DNA of 63,734 nt, the filler included, from Welwitschia mirabilis (Eukaryota): the NCBI GenBank assembly GCA_051453625.1. It is 5 parts of one record of this genome, joined end to end, with 100 filler letters (N's around TTAATTAATTAA, not from the genome) between each part and the next. Parts side by side here need not be neighbours in the genome. Positions count along the whole stretch, not along the records: positions 1 to 30,041 come from JBOZIK010000001.1; 4 more parts are not named here. One strand, 5' to 3'. Below, in pieces: positions 14,123 to 26,729 of the stretch; within the stretch, counting starts at the first letter, position 1; the number at the start of each line of letters is the position of its first letter. The notes below the pieces were generated by a model that was not told the DNA's origin, searched no databases, and was given only the letters and a program-made list of their open reading frames with translations. The position numbers and the translations under genes were made by a program.

Positions 14123-15433
14123 TACTTTGTCAGGGACTGACAAGGCTAAGTAGGGGGCTATGTTGCAATGCCAATTTGTAGGAATTTGATGGTATATTTG
14201 GAGTACTTTTGTAGGACATTAATATAGGTTTAGATGCAATTATGCTGATTATGGAGAGAGGATAAGATGATCATGAAAACATGTAAGTATTAATTTAATT
14301 GGAGGCATTTTAGGCATGTTCCAATATTTAGCATATTGAAAGAGGACTAAAGGTGAAGAAGACCAATTTTCACTACTGGAGGAGTTGGGAAGATGTCATT
14401 TCCATGATAGAGAGGACGATAGTTTATTAACATAGCTATAAAGGAGCAGCACTTGGGCAACACTTGGACAGCAGCACATGATGATGGGGCATCGTCCCCT
14501 TTGTCGTCTAGATGATATGAAAGGATGACAGATGTGAGGACAACACTCTTAGGTAACGATAGCACATGGGCACACAATCCAAGGTGTCGTCCCCTTGGTC
14601 GTGTGGACGACAGACAGGATGACAGTTGATTTTACACTGCGGCAATAAATTACATTATAACGAGTGTCAAATGAGTTATGTGGGTGGCTAGGGTTTCCTT
14701 AATAGACGTCTAAGGTTATGGTTCATTGTAAGACTATAAATACCCCTTCCCTCCTTCAATTCCAATCATCTTTTATACTTGATATGCTTGTGATGGAAGC
14801 TTGAAGGTAGGAGGCCCATCCCATGGCTGCAGAAAGGGGTTTCCTTGGTGTTAGGCTGTGACTCTTCTATTGAGGAGTTGTTATTCTGTTGTAATTGGAT
14901 GTAAAGTTCTTTTAATTAATACAAATACTCTCTTTCACTTTTAATTATGTGAATGTCCTTTATGATTTAAGTTGATTTTAGTTAGTGACAAGCTTGTATT
15001 TATTTAGATCATGAGGGCAACCTTTGTTAAGGTTGACCTTGGTTAGTAATAGGTTTGCATTGCATTTGTATTTTATTCCATCTTGCATTCCATGTTCTAC
15101 TTGATAGTCTTTATAACAGAAAGGCTGAAATCTAGTCCTTGTGATAGAAGGATTAGGATCTAAGTAGGATCTCAGCTCATTTCCATTTCCATTTACTTGC
15201 ATTTCATCTTCATTTGCCATTGCATGTACTTTACTATTTCCTTTTAGTTAAGTAAAAGATAAATACCAAAACTACCCTTGGAAATCAATTCTCTCACTCT
15301 GAGCCTAGTGCCTTCATTGGGATTATGACATTCAGGTGAACTCCCGTCTATACTAGCGTGTGTCTTTTTGCAAGTTATATCATTTACATGTTTACCTAAG
15401 GACTTCAAGATTGCATAAATTCACACTGCAATA
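14123..15433 (+). mobile_element. 3' end (PPT plus 3' LTR 14161-15433) of an Athila-like element abutting the gag of the TACAT element
   Basis: GGCTAAGTAGGGGGCTA directly precedes TGTTGCAATG; LTR ends CACTGCAATA; same subfamily as LTR 2688-4022; minus-strand gag resumes at 15434. Confidence 0.85.
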
Positions 15434-16080
15434 ATAAGCATTTAAGTTATTAATTTCTACGTCATCATCATGAGGTAATTCAAAAGGGTTTTGAATTTCA
15501 TATTTCTTGGTTGTAATAAATTCTCTCAAAGTAGCATGAGCATTTGGTCAATAAGGATTAAAAAATAGGGTTTCAATGACTAGGGGTGGATTTGAAAAGA
15601 TAAGTTATTTTTTTTTTAGTTTAAGGTTAACATGGTATCAGATTTTTCAAAATTAAAATCAGATTCTTCTACAGAATTAAAATCAGAAATTTTAGGACCT
15701 GGGCTGTTTTGATTTTCAATTTCAAAATTTAGCAAACCTTCTCGAATATTTTCAATAATGAACAGCTTTTCTCGTTGATATTTTTCCTTTTTTCCAATTT
15801 TAACCATTCAGTTTCTACAGTGTCATCCTATCAATCATCTAGACAATAACCTGGATGACAGAGACATAGAAAACATAGAAAACCACAGAACGAGGGAAAG
15901 AAAAAATCAGGACAGTCATCCGATTATGACATCTAGATGATGAAAGGGATGTTAGAGATTAGTAAAAATAAAAACTGAAATAAAAACTTACAGAAGGTAA
16001 AGGTATTGGTACATCATTATCATAGTAAATATCCAGAACATCCACTGAAGTAATGATAACTCTCGATTTCCAAGTATCCT

Positions 16081-16098
16081 TCCCTAGTAATGGTGCCA
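16081..16098 (-). promoter_or_regulatory. Primer-binding site, tRNA-Asp type
   Basis: Minus strand reads TGGCACCATTACTAGGGA. Confidence 0.85.
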
Positions 16099-16101
16099 AT
16101 T

Positions 16102-17313
16102 TGTTGTAGTGTGAATTTATGCAATGTTTTATGCCTTAATTTAAATCCTATTAATTACAAATAAGATGCACAAATATATCACGCTAGTATAGTCAGAGTG
16201 ATCCGAATGTCGCAATTCTGTCAAAGGCCAATAGTATGAAAATATATGAGTTGATTTCAAGAAAGAAATGTGTAATTCTAATCTACTAAAATAAATTACA
16301 ATGAATGAAAATAAAAGATGCTGATGCAAACTAATCTAAGAAAGTAAACAATGATGTACCTAAACTAATTAAGCTCAGCCTTGACAAAGGCTACCCTCAT
16401 AATCTATATAATAGAAGAAACCTGTCATGAATCTTAAACAATATAAACTATGAGGGATAAGTTCCTGTAATTATTGATAAAAAGGATAATTTATATTAAA
16501 AACATAAAAGACATCTATATCACAAAGTAGTCATTCCTCAATAGAGGATGCGCCACCCAACACCAAGGTAACGTCTCTCTGGATTACAAGATGATTCTCC
16601 TGTCTCAAGATCTCCTATCACGAGAATATCAGGTACTATCAAAGATGATTAGGGATTGAGGGAGAGACCTTTATTTATAAACAGAAAGAAAATGAAAACT
16701 GATAGAGAAGTAAAAGAGAAACCCTAGCTAACATTCAAAGTAAACTCGCAAAGAAGAGGTGACAACTCAGGAATACATTTGGTAAAAGTGACACAAAACA
16801 GTGTCATCCTCAATGTCGTCTAGATGAAGTAGGAGATGATAAGGATTGATGATTGGAACTTTGTTTCTACTTTAGTTTATCTACTAATGATTTGCCTATA
16901 AAGTGTTCTCGAGCAGTTCTATATATGTCGTCCTCTTATGATGTCTAGACAATTAGGTGGATGACGATGTCTGGTAGATAGTTTTTAGTTCGACTGTAAG
17001 TTATCTGGATGTGAACTTTAGTTATTGCCTAGCTAAATTTATCATTCTGACTATCGTCTAAATGATGGAACGGACGACAGGTTTTTCTTAATCTTCAGTT
17101 AGTGTAACTTCTTTGTCATCTGCAAGAATTATGATCCAAAATAGTATTTGTATGTATCTGCATGAAATGCTCGTATTTTATCTAGAATTTGCATGTTTTA
17201 ATCTTGTTCATCTTGATTCTCGATTGTTATAGGAAATAAGTGTTTATCTATTAATTCACCTACAAAACAACTCATAATACCCTATCAAATACACATAAGT
17301 TAGTGGTGCAACA
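16102..17313 (-). repeat. 5' LTR, 1.21 kb
   Basis: TGTTGTAG...GTGCAACA termini; PBS adjacent. Confidence 0.9.
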
Positions 17314-17318
17314 TACAT

Positions 17319-18376
17319 CTAGACATTATATATCCATTACACAGTAGTTATAAAGTCAAACAGCTATTTTTCAAGCTTAAATGGCTAGATGTTCCTTAAC
17401 CATATAAAGCCTTGATATCATAGAATAAAGATTAACTTTTAGAACTTCAATGAATAAATAGATTAAAAAATTTTAACACTTCATTGGTTAAATAAAATAT
17501 AGAACAACGAATGCATAAATAAAAGGAACTTCTCATAAAGAATTAAAGGCATCATTTGTAAGGAGCTTACATTTCTTTTATTATTTGATCTTAGATCTTC
17601 ATTAATGTTAATTTTATTTGTATTTTTAATGATAATAATAATATCAAGAAGCTCAAATCTTTATTAAAGCAATATCCTTATGCTTATTATTATTTTATAC
17701 TTTTAATTTTATATTGTGAGCTATCTTATTATTGAATATTATTATAAGTTCATTATTGAATATTAAATACTTTGTAAGGTAATTCTTATAGTAGTTTGCA
17801 TTTCAAATTATTCTTGTAATTATTTATTTGATGTAATATTATTGGTAAGTTAGAAAACCATTAGTCTCTTGCGAGGAAGAGAGTACTACCTTACAAGGAG
17901 GCTTTCTATTGTAATGATCCATGTGCACCTATGAAAACCATTATTTTCTTGAGAGGGATAGAATGCTACTTTGCAAGAATACTCTTACTATTGTAAAGGT
18001 TTGTGGTGTGCTTATGAAAACCACTGATCCCTTGAAGGGAAGAGAACTTTGTCTTACAAGGAAACTTTAGCTATTGTAAAATTTCATGGTGTGCTTGTAA
18101 AAATCACTAATCACTAAAGGGGGAGAGAGTGCTACCTTGCGAGGAGACTGTTATTTTTTATAAGGTTAATGATACATTATAAAATACTATTTTCTCATAG
18201 GTTAAGAATATCCAGAGGTGTGAGTAGAAGCTACCCTCTATATGTGGACATACCCAAGTTGGGGAACCATATTATCTTGGTAAGGTGTTTTCATTATTCA
18301 TTTCCACTCTATTGTTAATTTAAATTTTATTTAGTGGAACTCATTTACACTTCCCATCTGAGTTCAATGATCCTTA
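17319..18376 (+). repeat. 5' LTR of the SIRE-like element, right part
   Basis: ATCCATTACACAGTAG matches 7017-7031; 18200-18376 matches 7565-7736; followed by the PBS. Confidence 0.8.
17853..18182 (+). repeat. Four diverged ~80-83-bp tandem units inside the SIRE LTR
   Basis: Units begin GAAAACCA at 17853, 17933 and 18016 and AAAAATCA at ~18099; shared core GGAAGAGAGTGCTACCTTGCAAGGA...TATTGTAA. Confidence 0.85.
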
Positions 18377-18378
18377 AG

Positions 18379-18390
18379 TGGTATCAGAGT
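18379..18390 (+). promoter_or_regulatory. Primer-binding site, tRNA-iMet type
   Basis: TGGTATCAGAGT, 2 nt after the LTR end. Confidence 0.9.
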
Positions 18391-18428
18391 GGGTACTCAC
18401 AAAAAAGAGTAACTTTTTTAAGTAAACA

Positions 18429-21183
18429 ATGGAAGAAATGTCATCCATTAAACCTCTATTTTTCAAATGAATAAACTATTCGAATATGAGAATACAAATG
18501 TTCTTACAATCTTATAAGTTTTAAGTTTAGAGAAATAGAGATGAAGAATATGTATAAACTACAACAGGGATAAAAACATCTAAATAGAAAACTGATCCTA
18601 CTCTCATGAGCATTACACATTCTAAAGAAGAAAAAGATGAGATAAGAGAAGAAGATAAATTAAATAGTGAAGATAACATATGTTTAGATCTTTAAGAAAG
18701 GTACAAACTAATTTTTAAAGACTGCATTAAACTAGAAAAGGTATGTATTAATATGAAAAAGTTACTTCATACTCGTGAAGAAGCTTTTGAATAAGAAAAG
18801 AATACTAGCAATAAATTATTTTTAGAAAATTCAACTATAAAAGCCAAGTTTAGTATACTAACATATGAATTAAAGGCTATAAGATAGAAATTATCCAATT
18901 TAAAAAAGATTAATGAAAAATTCACCTCAGGAAAGGAGACATTGAATATCTTGCTTAGGCAATGTAGACAATCAAAGGACAAAAGTGGCTTCAAATACAA
19001 TAAATCTATAATAAGCATTTTAGCTTCCTTTCTTGACAAATGGAACTACAATCTGACGTATGAGCACTTAATGTATATAAATAATATTATCTATTATTAT
19101 TATCATAATAGAAGTCATTATCAGTTTAGATGTCTAATGAAATTTAAATTCAAGTATCATGCTGACAATGCCAAAAGGTGAAGGAGAATGGTATAAAGTT
19201 TTGTATAGGGTAAATCAAGAAAAATATGGATATCAAAATTAAAACCATCTCTTTTAGCTCAAATAGCACTCACAATAGTGAAGAAGCACATATGATATAT
19301 TAATAGTGGATTCTTAAGACATATGACAGAAGACAAATCTAGCTTCATCACCTTAGTGGAATAAGATAAAGGAGTTGTAACCTTTAGAGATAACACAAAA
19401 GCACTAATCAAAGGCATTGGTACCATTGGAGGAGGTAATTTACTAGAGGTAAAATACGTATTCATTGTAAAAGGTTTGCAACATAATCTCTTAATTATAA
19501 GTTAACTCTATAATGTAAAGTTTTTTATTACATTTACAAAACATGATTATGTTATAAGAGAATAAAATACTATCAAAGTCTTATATGCTAGTGCAAGAAA
19601 ATCAAACATTTATATACCACTTTACAAGATATATCTAACAATGAAACCAAGTGTTTTCTTAGAAAAATAGATGAAGCAGAGCTATGACATAGGAATCTTG
19701 ATCACATGAATAAAGATCTTCTCAAAATCTTGTCTATAAAGTAAATGATAAAAGAACTTTTCAAGTTTAAAATCATTGATAATCAGATTTGTGAATCTTA
19801 TCAAAAAGAAAAACAAAAAAAGGTAAAATTGATAAGAAAAATATTATCTCTATTAAACGTCCATTATATCTCTTACATTTAGGCATTGTTGATCCTTCAT
19901 CTACAAAAATCTTAGGTAAGAAAAGGTATTATTTGATAATTGTAGATGATTTTTCTCATTTTAAGTGGGTAGTATTTCTTGCACATAAGGATGAGGATTT
20001 TAATGCTTTTGCTAAGTTATGCATTAGGTGACAAAATTAAAAGTAATACAAGATCAAAATAATAAGAAGTAATAATGATACCAAGTTCAAAAGTACAAAG
20101 TTCAGAGAATTTTGTAAATAGTTTAGCATTATATAGTAACTCTTTACTCTAAGAACTCCTCAACAAAATGGAGTAGAAAGAAAGAATAGAGTTCTTAATG
20201 ACATGTCTAGGATAATGATGCATGAAAATAATGTATCATATCATTTTTAGATAGAAGCAATCAATACAGCCTATTATGTTTTCAATAGAGTTCTAATAAA
20301 AATATTCACTTTTAAGACTTTTTATGAGTTACGGTCAAGTAGAAAACCTTTTCTTAATTACTTTTATATATTTGGATTAAGATGCTTTATTTAAATAAAA
20401 AGAATAATTTGAGAAAGTTTGATTCAAAATTTGAATGAAGGAGTTTTTCTAGGATATTTTATAATCAATAAGGCTTACAGTGTGTACAATAACAAAACCC
20501 ATCTAGTTGAGAAAACTATAAATTTTAAAATAAATGATATTGAATCAACTTCTATAAACATGAAAGATGACTATAATCCTGTACAAATTATTCAACCTAC
20601 TAGGCATCCTCAAGTTCAATTAGATAGTAAGGAAGAGAAGGAAGAAATAGAAAAGAAAAATTTATCAACCATGATTAGGCTAAAGAGAAGTCACTCTATT
20701 AGCAATATTATAAGAAGTCCATATGGAGGTATTCAAATTAGAAGTCATTCTACAGAGTTTTATGGCTATACAGCATATATCACTTAAGTTGAACCAAGAA
20801 ATTTCAAAAAAGCTAAAAATGATAAACATTGAATGGTTACTATGTAAGAAGAACTTAACCAATTTGAAATATGTAATGTTTGGAAACTTACTCCAAGATC
20901 TTCTAACATATTAGTTATTAGCACTAAGTGGGTTTTTAAAAATAAAATAGATAAACATGATAATGTTATTAGAAATAAAGCAAGATTAGTGTAAATAGTT
21001 ACAATCAATAGGAAAGAATTAACTTTAAAGAAACCTTTACTCCTATGGCTCATATGAAATTAACAAAAATTCTTCTAGCCTTTACTTGTATAAAAGTTTT
21101 CAAAATTAATCAAATGAATGTCAAGAGTTCATTTCTAAATGAACTTCTTTAAGAATAAGTATATGTTAAATAACTAAATGGAT
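18429..21183 (+). pseudogene. Degenerate Copia gag-pol (gag, PR, integrase, RT N-half)
   Basis: Motifs as listed for the element; ORF pieces 18942-19181 and 20419-20787; dense premature stops. Confidence 0.88.
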
Positions 21184-22281
21184 TGTTCTGGTGTGTATTT
21201 CTATAAACAATTTTGCTCAATAAGATCCTGTCATTCACAAATAAAATAGATATCTTGCACAACACAACATACTAATATAGACGAGAGTTGACTTGAATGT
21301 TGTGATCTATCAAAAGCCCATACTAGAAGAAAGAGAATTGATTTTATCAAGAAACACTTATGTATCCTAATAATAAAAATAAATTACAATACAAAAAAGT
21401 ATAATGCAATACACTTATGCAAAGTTAATCTAGGAAAGGAAAATAGCAATGCACTAAACTAACAACGCTCAACTTTGAAAAGATCTCATAACCTATATCA
21501 CTTAAGAAACTATTACCAAATAAGAAGCAACATAAACTATGAGGGATAAGTAACAATAAGTATAGAAAATAAAAAATAATTATTTGTATTAATAAAACCA
21601 TATCCATGTTACAAAGTAGCTACACCTCAATGAAGGAAGCATTGCCCAATACCAAAAAAGGCATCTCTCTATAACTACCAAGGATGAATCTCCAGCTCTT
21701 CAATCTTGTTTTACAAGAATTTTTAATGTAAGAAAAGATAATATAGAGTTGAGGGAAAGATCGATACTTATTTACAATGAACACATGAACAACAAGATAG
21801 AGAGACAGGCAGAAGCACAACCCTAATATCCGCATAAAAGATATACAAATAAATGGCAAGAGTTAGATGAATGCTCAATGAAAAATTACAACAGATGTTA
21901 TCCTACTCATCATATGGATGATATAGGGGATGATGCCACCTCATAAATAATCCATATCATTTACCAAATTCATCATAGTCATCATCTTTATTGGTTTCAT
22001 CTATTATGTTGTTCGTACTATCATCCATATGATGAGGTGGATGATAAGCTCTTACAAGTATTCATCCAATGCATCAACCTCAATATTTGTAGCAAATCTT
22101 TCTTAAAAATAGGAAGTATTGTGAACTACTCTAAATACTACAAAATCTCAGGGATATTGCATGTTTTTATATCTTTCATCTCAAATATCCATTATCATGG
22201 AATTCCAGCATAAACCTATCTAATATTTTGCAAAATTACTCAAAATATCCTATCAAATATATGCAAGTTGATAGTGCAACA
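21184..22281 (-). repeat. 3' LTR, 1.1 kb
   Basis: TGTTC...GTGCAACA termini; right end similar to 17150-17313. Confidence 0.88.
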
Positions 22282-22797
22282 TAGCCCTCCACTTAGCCTT
22301 ATCACTCCCTAATAACTAAACAGTAAATCGTGATTGTAAGCCAACTTGTTTAATAATAAAAATAGCTAAGGTACTGAAGAAATTATCTCAAAAAAATTTT
22401 TAAGAATCTCAAAGATACAAACTGAATCATGAGCAATTAGAAAACTAAACATTTTACCTAATTTAAAGACTAGCCATACCATCCTTCAAATAGTCATCTA
22501 GATGATAGAGATGACAATAGGCTTAAAAAATAATCTTTGAAAAACAGCAACCTATGAAAAAAGTTTTAAATAAATAATCAGTTTATAATTAAAATTTCCC
22601 CACTAAATTATATAGTAATGAATAAAAGATGTTAAAATAAAATCAATCCTTATCATAACATGTGAAAAATAAAAATAATCATCAAAATTAGATTAAAAAA
22701 TACACCATTCTAAACTCAAAAATAATGTGTATATAAATAATGAGTTTCAGTACAAAAATACATAGAGGAAGAGAAATAAAAGATGACAAAATTACTT

Positions 22798-24060
22798 ACC
22801 TCATTGTCACATGATGAACTCTGTCTAAGCAGCTAGCTTAAGTGCAGGAGAAGAAGAGGAAGAATGCACAAGATTAGTAGGGAAATGGAGGTCCAAGGAT
22901 GTATAAATAAAATAGACCATCTTGTTACCCTAGATACATACATCCTCTAGGATGTCTACTGTCACACTCTACTAAATGGAGATAACGCACTGATGCATGT
23001 TAATAATCTTATCCTTAGAGTGCTAAAATCTCCTCTTAACTGTCAGGATCCTCTAGTCTAATGTTTGAGTCCTTTAATCTAGAGCTTGAATCCTCTAGTA
23101 TAATGTCTAGATACCTTGGTCCATAAAACCTATAATGATCTTAGTATTAGAAGGGCCTATATCTGTTTAAGAGTAATACCAATTGCAGGTCTTTGTACCT
23201 AAAGCCACTCTGCCTCTTTTGATTCCTGTATGTCCATGTCTTATAAATAGGAAGTCAAATTCTATATGTGAGATAGGCATTGCTTATCCATGGGCTTAGT
23301 ATTTCAAATCATCTGAAAAGAGATGAGAGAAGTCATGGATAACCTAGAGTCTATAGCTATCATGCCTCAACCATGGACCTAAGTCTCCTCCAAATAAATG
23401 TGTGTAGGTCCATCTGCTCTCCCTGTCCAAAAGCTGTCAGTATTTGAAGGTGTGTAATCATAGAAAATGATGGGCTAATATTATAGATTAGGCCTATTTT
23501 AAGTAATCTATATGCAAGGATCAATTGTATGACAAGAACTCTCCCCTATCTATCATCAAGTATGCTGGACTATCTAATATGGCATCATATGCATGATGCT
23601 TCTCATTCGTCTAGTTGTATGAATATGAAGACTTCAAAGCCCACTAAGATCTATGACTACTATGATGTGGGATGGAAGAATAGCAATCTCATAATTACAA
23701 ATATAAGCTACAATCATATTAACCAGCTGACCATGAGAATCTTGTTGACACTCTATGTGCATGGTGTTATAGAACTTCTATGTCTTTGCGATATAGTATG
23801 ACCCATGTGCATCTGTAATCCAATGAAGCTAGAGATCTATGAGCCTCTAATTAACCTCAAGCTCTCTCCAGCTCATAAAATCTCCAAAGCATATCTCAAC
23901 ATAGATACTATCTATCTGAATCATTAAGGATCATCTATGTTAAGGTGGAAGATGTGGTGACTCTGCATGCTCTACCTCTAATGGCACTAATGGGTCCACC
24001 TCCTATTATATAGCTTAGGCCTCCATCTCAACATATCTAGATCTATGCATACAGGGCCTA
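22798..24060 (-). pseudogene. Degenerate Athila-type extra (env-like/ORF2) frame
   Basis: Lies between integrase and PPT; higher GC than flanks; ...KFYNTMHIE (EFY-type motif, ~23780); ends ...TGAGGTAAGT as Athila extra ORFs commonly do. Confidence 0.55.
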
Positions 24061-26729
24061 CTCAATTGAAAATACACAAAAAATGTCATACAGGAATGGG
24101 TAGGTACATCAAATACATCACATGTATGTGCAAAAACAACCCTAAAATCAATTAAAAAATAAGAAAAATGATGAGAATACATCCTACCCCTAAAAATGTC
24201 AATACATCCCAGATTTCCTAGACATGAGAGAAAAAAATGTGAAAATGCACAAAAATGAAAAAGTAGTTTTTTAAGTTGGCCCCACATATGGTAAAAATTC
24301 AAAGTGCTCAAATGAAAAATCTAATCTAATAGAATCATAGAACACATTAAACTGATTAATTTTCTTTGAAGGAGCACTATGTTTTGGCCTATGGTTTGCA
24401 AAAAATTAAGTGTGAAAGATGGAAAGTTAAAATTTTCTTGTAAAATGCACAATTGATTATAACTTGTAAAATACATAGTGAAATTTAATCTGTAAGCTCC
24501 AAATTGAAGAGCATGAAAATTTGATAAACATACCTGAAAGCTATATATCTAAAGAATAAAACATGGAAAAAAATTAAAAAAGAAGAGGGAGAGAAAAACA
24601 TACCTAATTTTGACAAACTCAATCAAAATTCCAAAATCTGGATATAAAATCAAGCAGGACAAAATACAAGAGCTAATAAGGTTTAAAGGAGTTGTCTCTC
24701 TCAAAGGAATGGGTGAAAATTATGAATAAATAAAAAACAATGAGGAAAAAATGTCTATGTTGTGGTTTTATCACATTATTGTCTAGCCACATCGTCCAGA
24801 CGATAGCCTTAAGATGACTCTCAAAAAAATTAGACTGTCATCCCTCTGGTATCATCTGAATTACCAGGTGGACAATGGAACACTAAAAATTTTTGCAAAA
24901 AAAAAGATGTCAGCCAAGAAAACTAGACTCAGATATAATCATCAAGGTATAATTTTCATCAGAAGAGTTAAGAAAAATAGGAAATGAGAAAGAAAACTAT
25001 GAAAAGTAAGATGCAGTTTAAAAAATCAAAATAAAAGAAAAACTATAACTAAAGACAACAAGCTAAATAGGCTAAAACTTGAAAATTAAAACTAAATAAA
25101 TGTGATCAAGATAAAAAGTAAAACAAGAGAAATCATATAGCTTCAAAAAGTATAAGGAATCTTATAAAAATGGTGAAATGAAAAGAGGTTCTAATGAATT
25201 CAAATACTAACTGAAAATGAATGAATATGAATGAATAGCAAGAAAGCTACTAAATAATAAGGTCCTATGTAAAAATAAAAAAAAAGGGAAAATAAATTTA
25301 GAATAACAAACTAAAAAAATCCAAAGAAAAGCAAAATAAAAATGAACACAAGGAACAAGAAAAAGATTACTTATCCTAAATTTTAACCTAGCAAAATTCC
25401 AAGGAAGATATTGTAAAGTTACCTTAGTAGAAATGCATGATAAAATGTATAAACTCTATAAAGTTTTACTTGAAAATGTAGTCATTATGACAATACTAAT
25501 ACTCAAGTGCTTAGAATAATGAATGACAAGATCAAAAGCTACTCAGAAATGACCTCACCTTCTCACATCTCACAAACACACTCAAATCCTCAAAAGTAAA
25601 ATAACCATGTGGAAATACTAAGAGTTTAGAAAATAAGAAATACCNNNNNNNNNNNNNNNNNNNNNNNNNNNNNNNNNNNNNNNNNNNNNNNNNNNNNNNN
25701 NNNNNNNNNNNNNNNNNNNNNNNNNNNNNNNNNNNNNNNNNNNNNNNNNNNNNNNNNNNNNNNNNNNNNNNNNNNNNNNNNNNNNNNNNNNNNNNNNNNN
25801 NNNNNNNNNNNNNNNNNNNNNNNNNNNNNNNNNNNNNNNNNNNNNNNNNNNNNNNNNNNNNNNNNNNNNNNNNNNNNNNNNNNNNNNNNNNNNNNNNNNN
25901 NNNNNNNNNNNNNNNNNNNNNNNNNNNNNNNNNNNNNNNNNNNNNNNNNNNNNNNNNNNNNNNNNNNNNNNNNNNNNNNNNNNNNNNNNNNNNNNNNNNN
26001 NNNNNNNNNNNNNNNNNNNNNCAACTCCTCAAAAGTAAAAGAACCATGTGGAAATACTAAGAGTTTAGAAAATAAGAAATACCTTTGATGATTCTAAGAA
26101 TACCACTAATCTCATAATCTTAAAGTTTATTACAACTTTTTCTGTGATAAAGGGAGTGAAACCATAGTCAAAGAAGTAAAGACTCATAAAGCATGATCAA
26201 CTAACCCCCCAGTGGAGTTCCCATAACTATGAATACTACTAACAATTCCTCTTGGAAAAATTTACCTTAATGTTATAGAACATCATAGTGATCATATATT
26301 TTTTTAAAACATAAAATAAAATAGATCATGATCATTATTTGTTTTTCTTCTTTCTTTTTTTTTTTTTTAATTATCACATGATTACATACTCAAAAAGATG
26401 AAAGTGAATAAGTGAGATGAAAATCAGAAAAAAATACTTCTAAACAACTAAAGACCTTATACCATTATAAAAAGAAGCACAACAACTAAGGCATCTTCCT
26501 CAAAGTGAAGTCCATAGATATGGGAATGTCTCAAGATTGGGTAAATGCAATCTTACGACCATAAAATGCCCAAGTACAAATACTATTCATAGAAAAATTC
26601 ATAAAGTAATATATAAGTCAAGTGTAAAAGATGATCAAGTGACATCATAACATCCACCAAAATAAACTAAGAAATAATGCAGATAATGATATGTTAGAAG
26701 TTCTCCTTATCAAGGAAAACCTCCAAAAT

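Larger units (their letters stand above)
13080..17313 (-). mobile_element. Athila-like element with two LTRs and a 5-bp TSD (TACAT), inserted in the SIRE LTR; most of the interior is absent from the assembly
   Basis: TACAT at 13075-13079 and 17314-17318; LTRs 13080-14022 (runs into gap) and 16102-17313; PBS at 16081-16098; gag start MVKIGKKEKYQRE (15807). Confidence 0.85.
12497..21183 (+). mobile_element. Sirevirus-like Ty1/Copia element (split 5' LTR, PBS, gag-pol up to mid-RT)
   Basis: LTR starts TATTAGAAAATCTATTTTTGATGAT exactly where the Copia RT stops; Met PBS at 18379; gag MEEMSSIKPLFF; protease *YINSGFLRHMTED; integrase IVDDFSHFKWVVFL and TPQQNGV; RT EELNQFEICNVWKL...STKWVFKNK...RNKARLV. 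Confidence 0.88.

Noticed and set aside
25583-26083. ~60-bp direct repeat on either side of the 25645-26021 gap
   Set aside because: Near-identical sequence at both contig ends; most simply an unmerged contig overlap.
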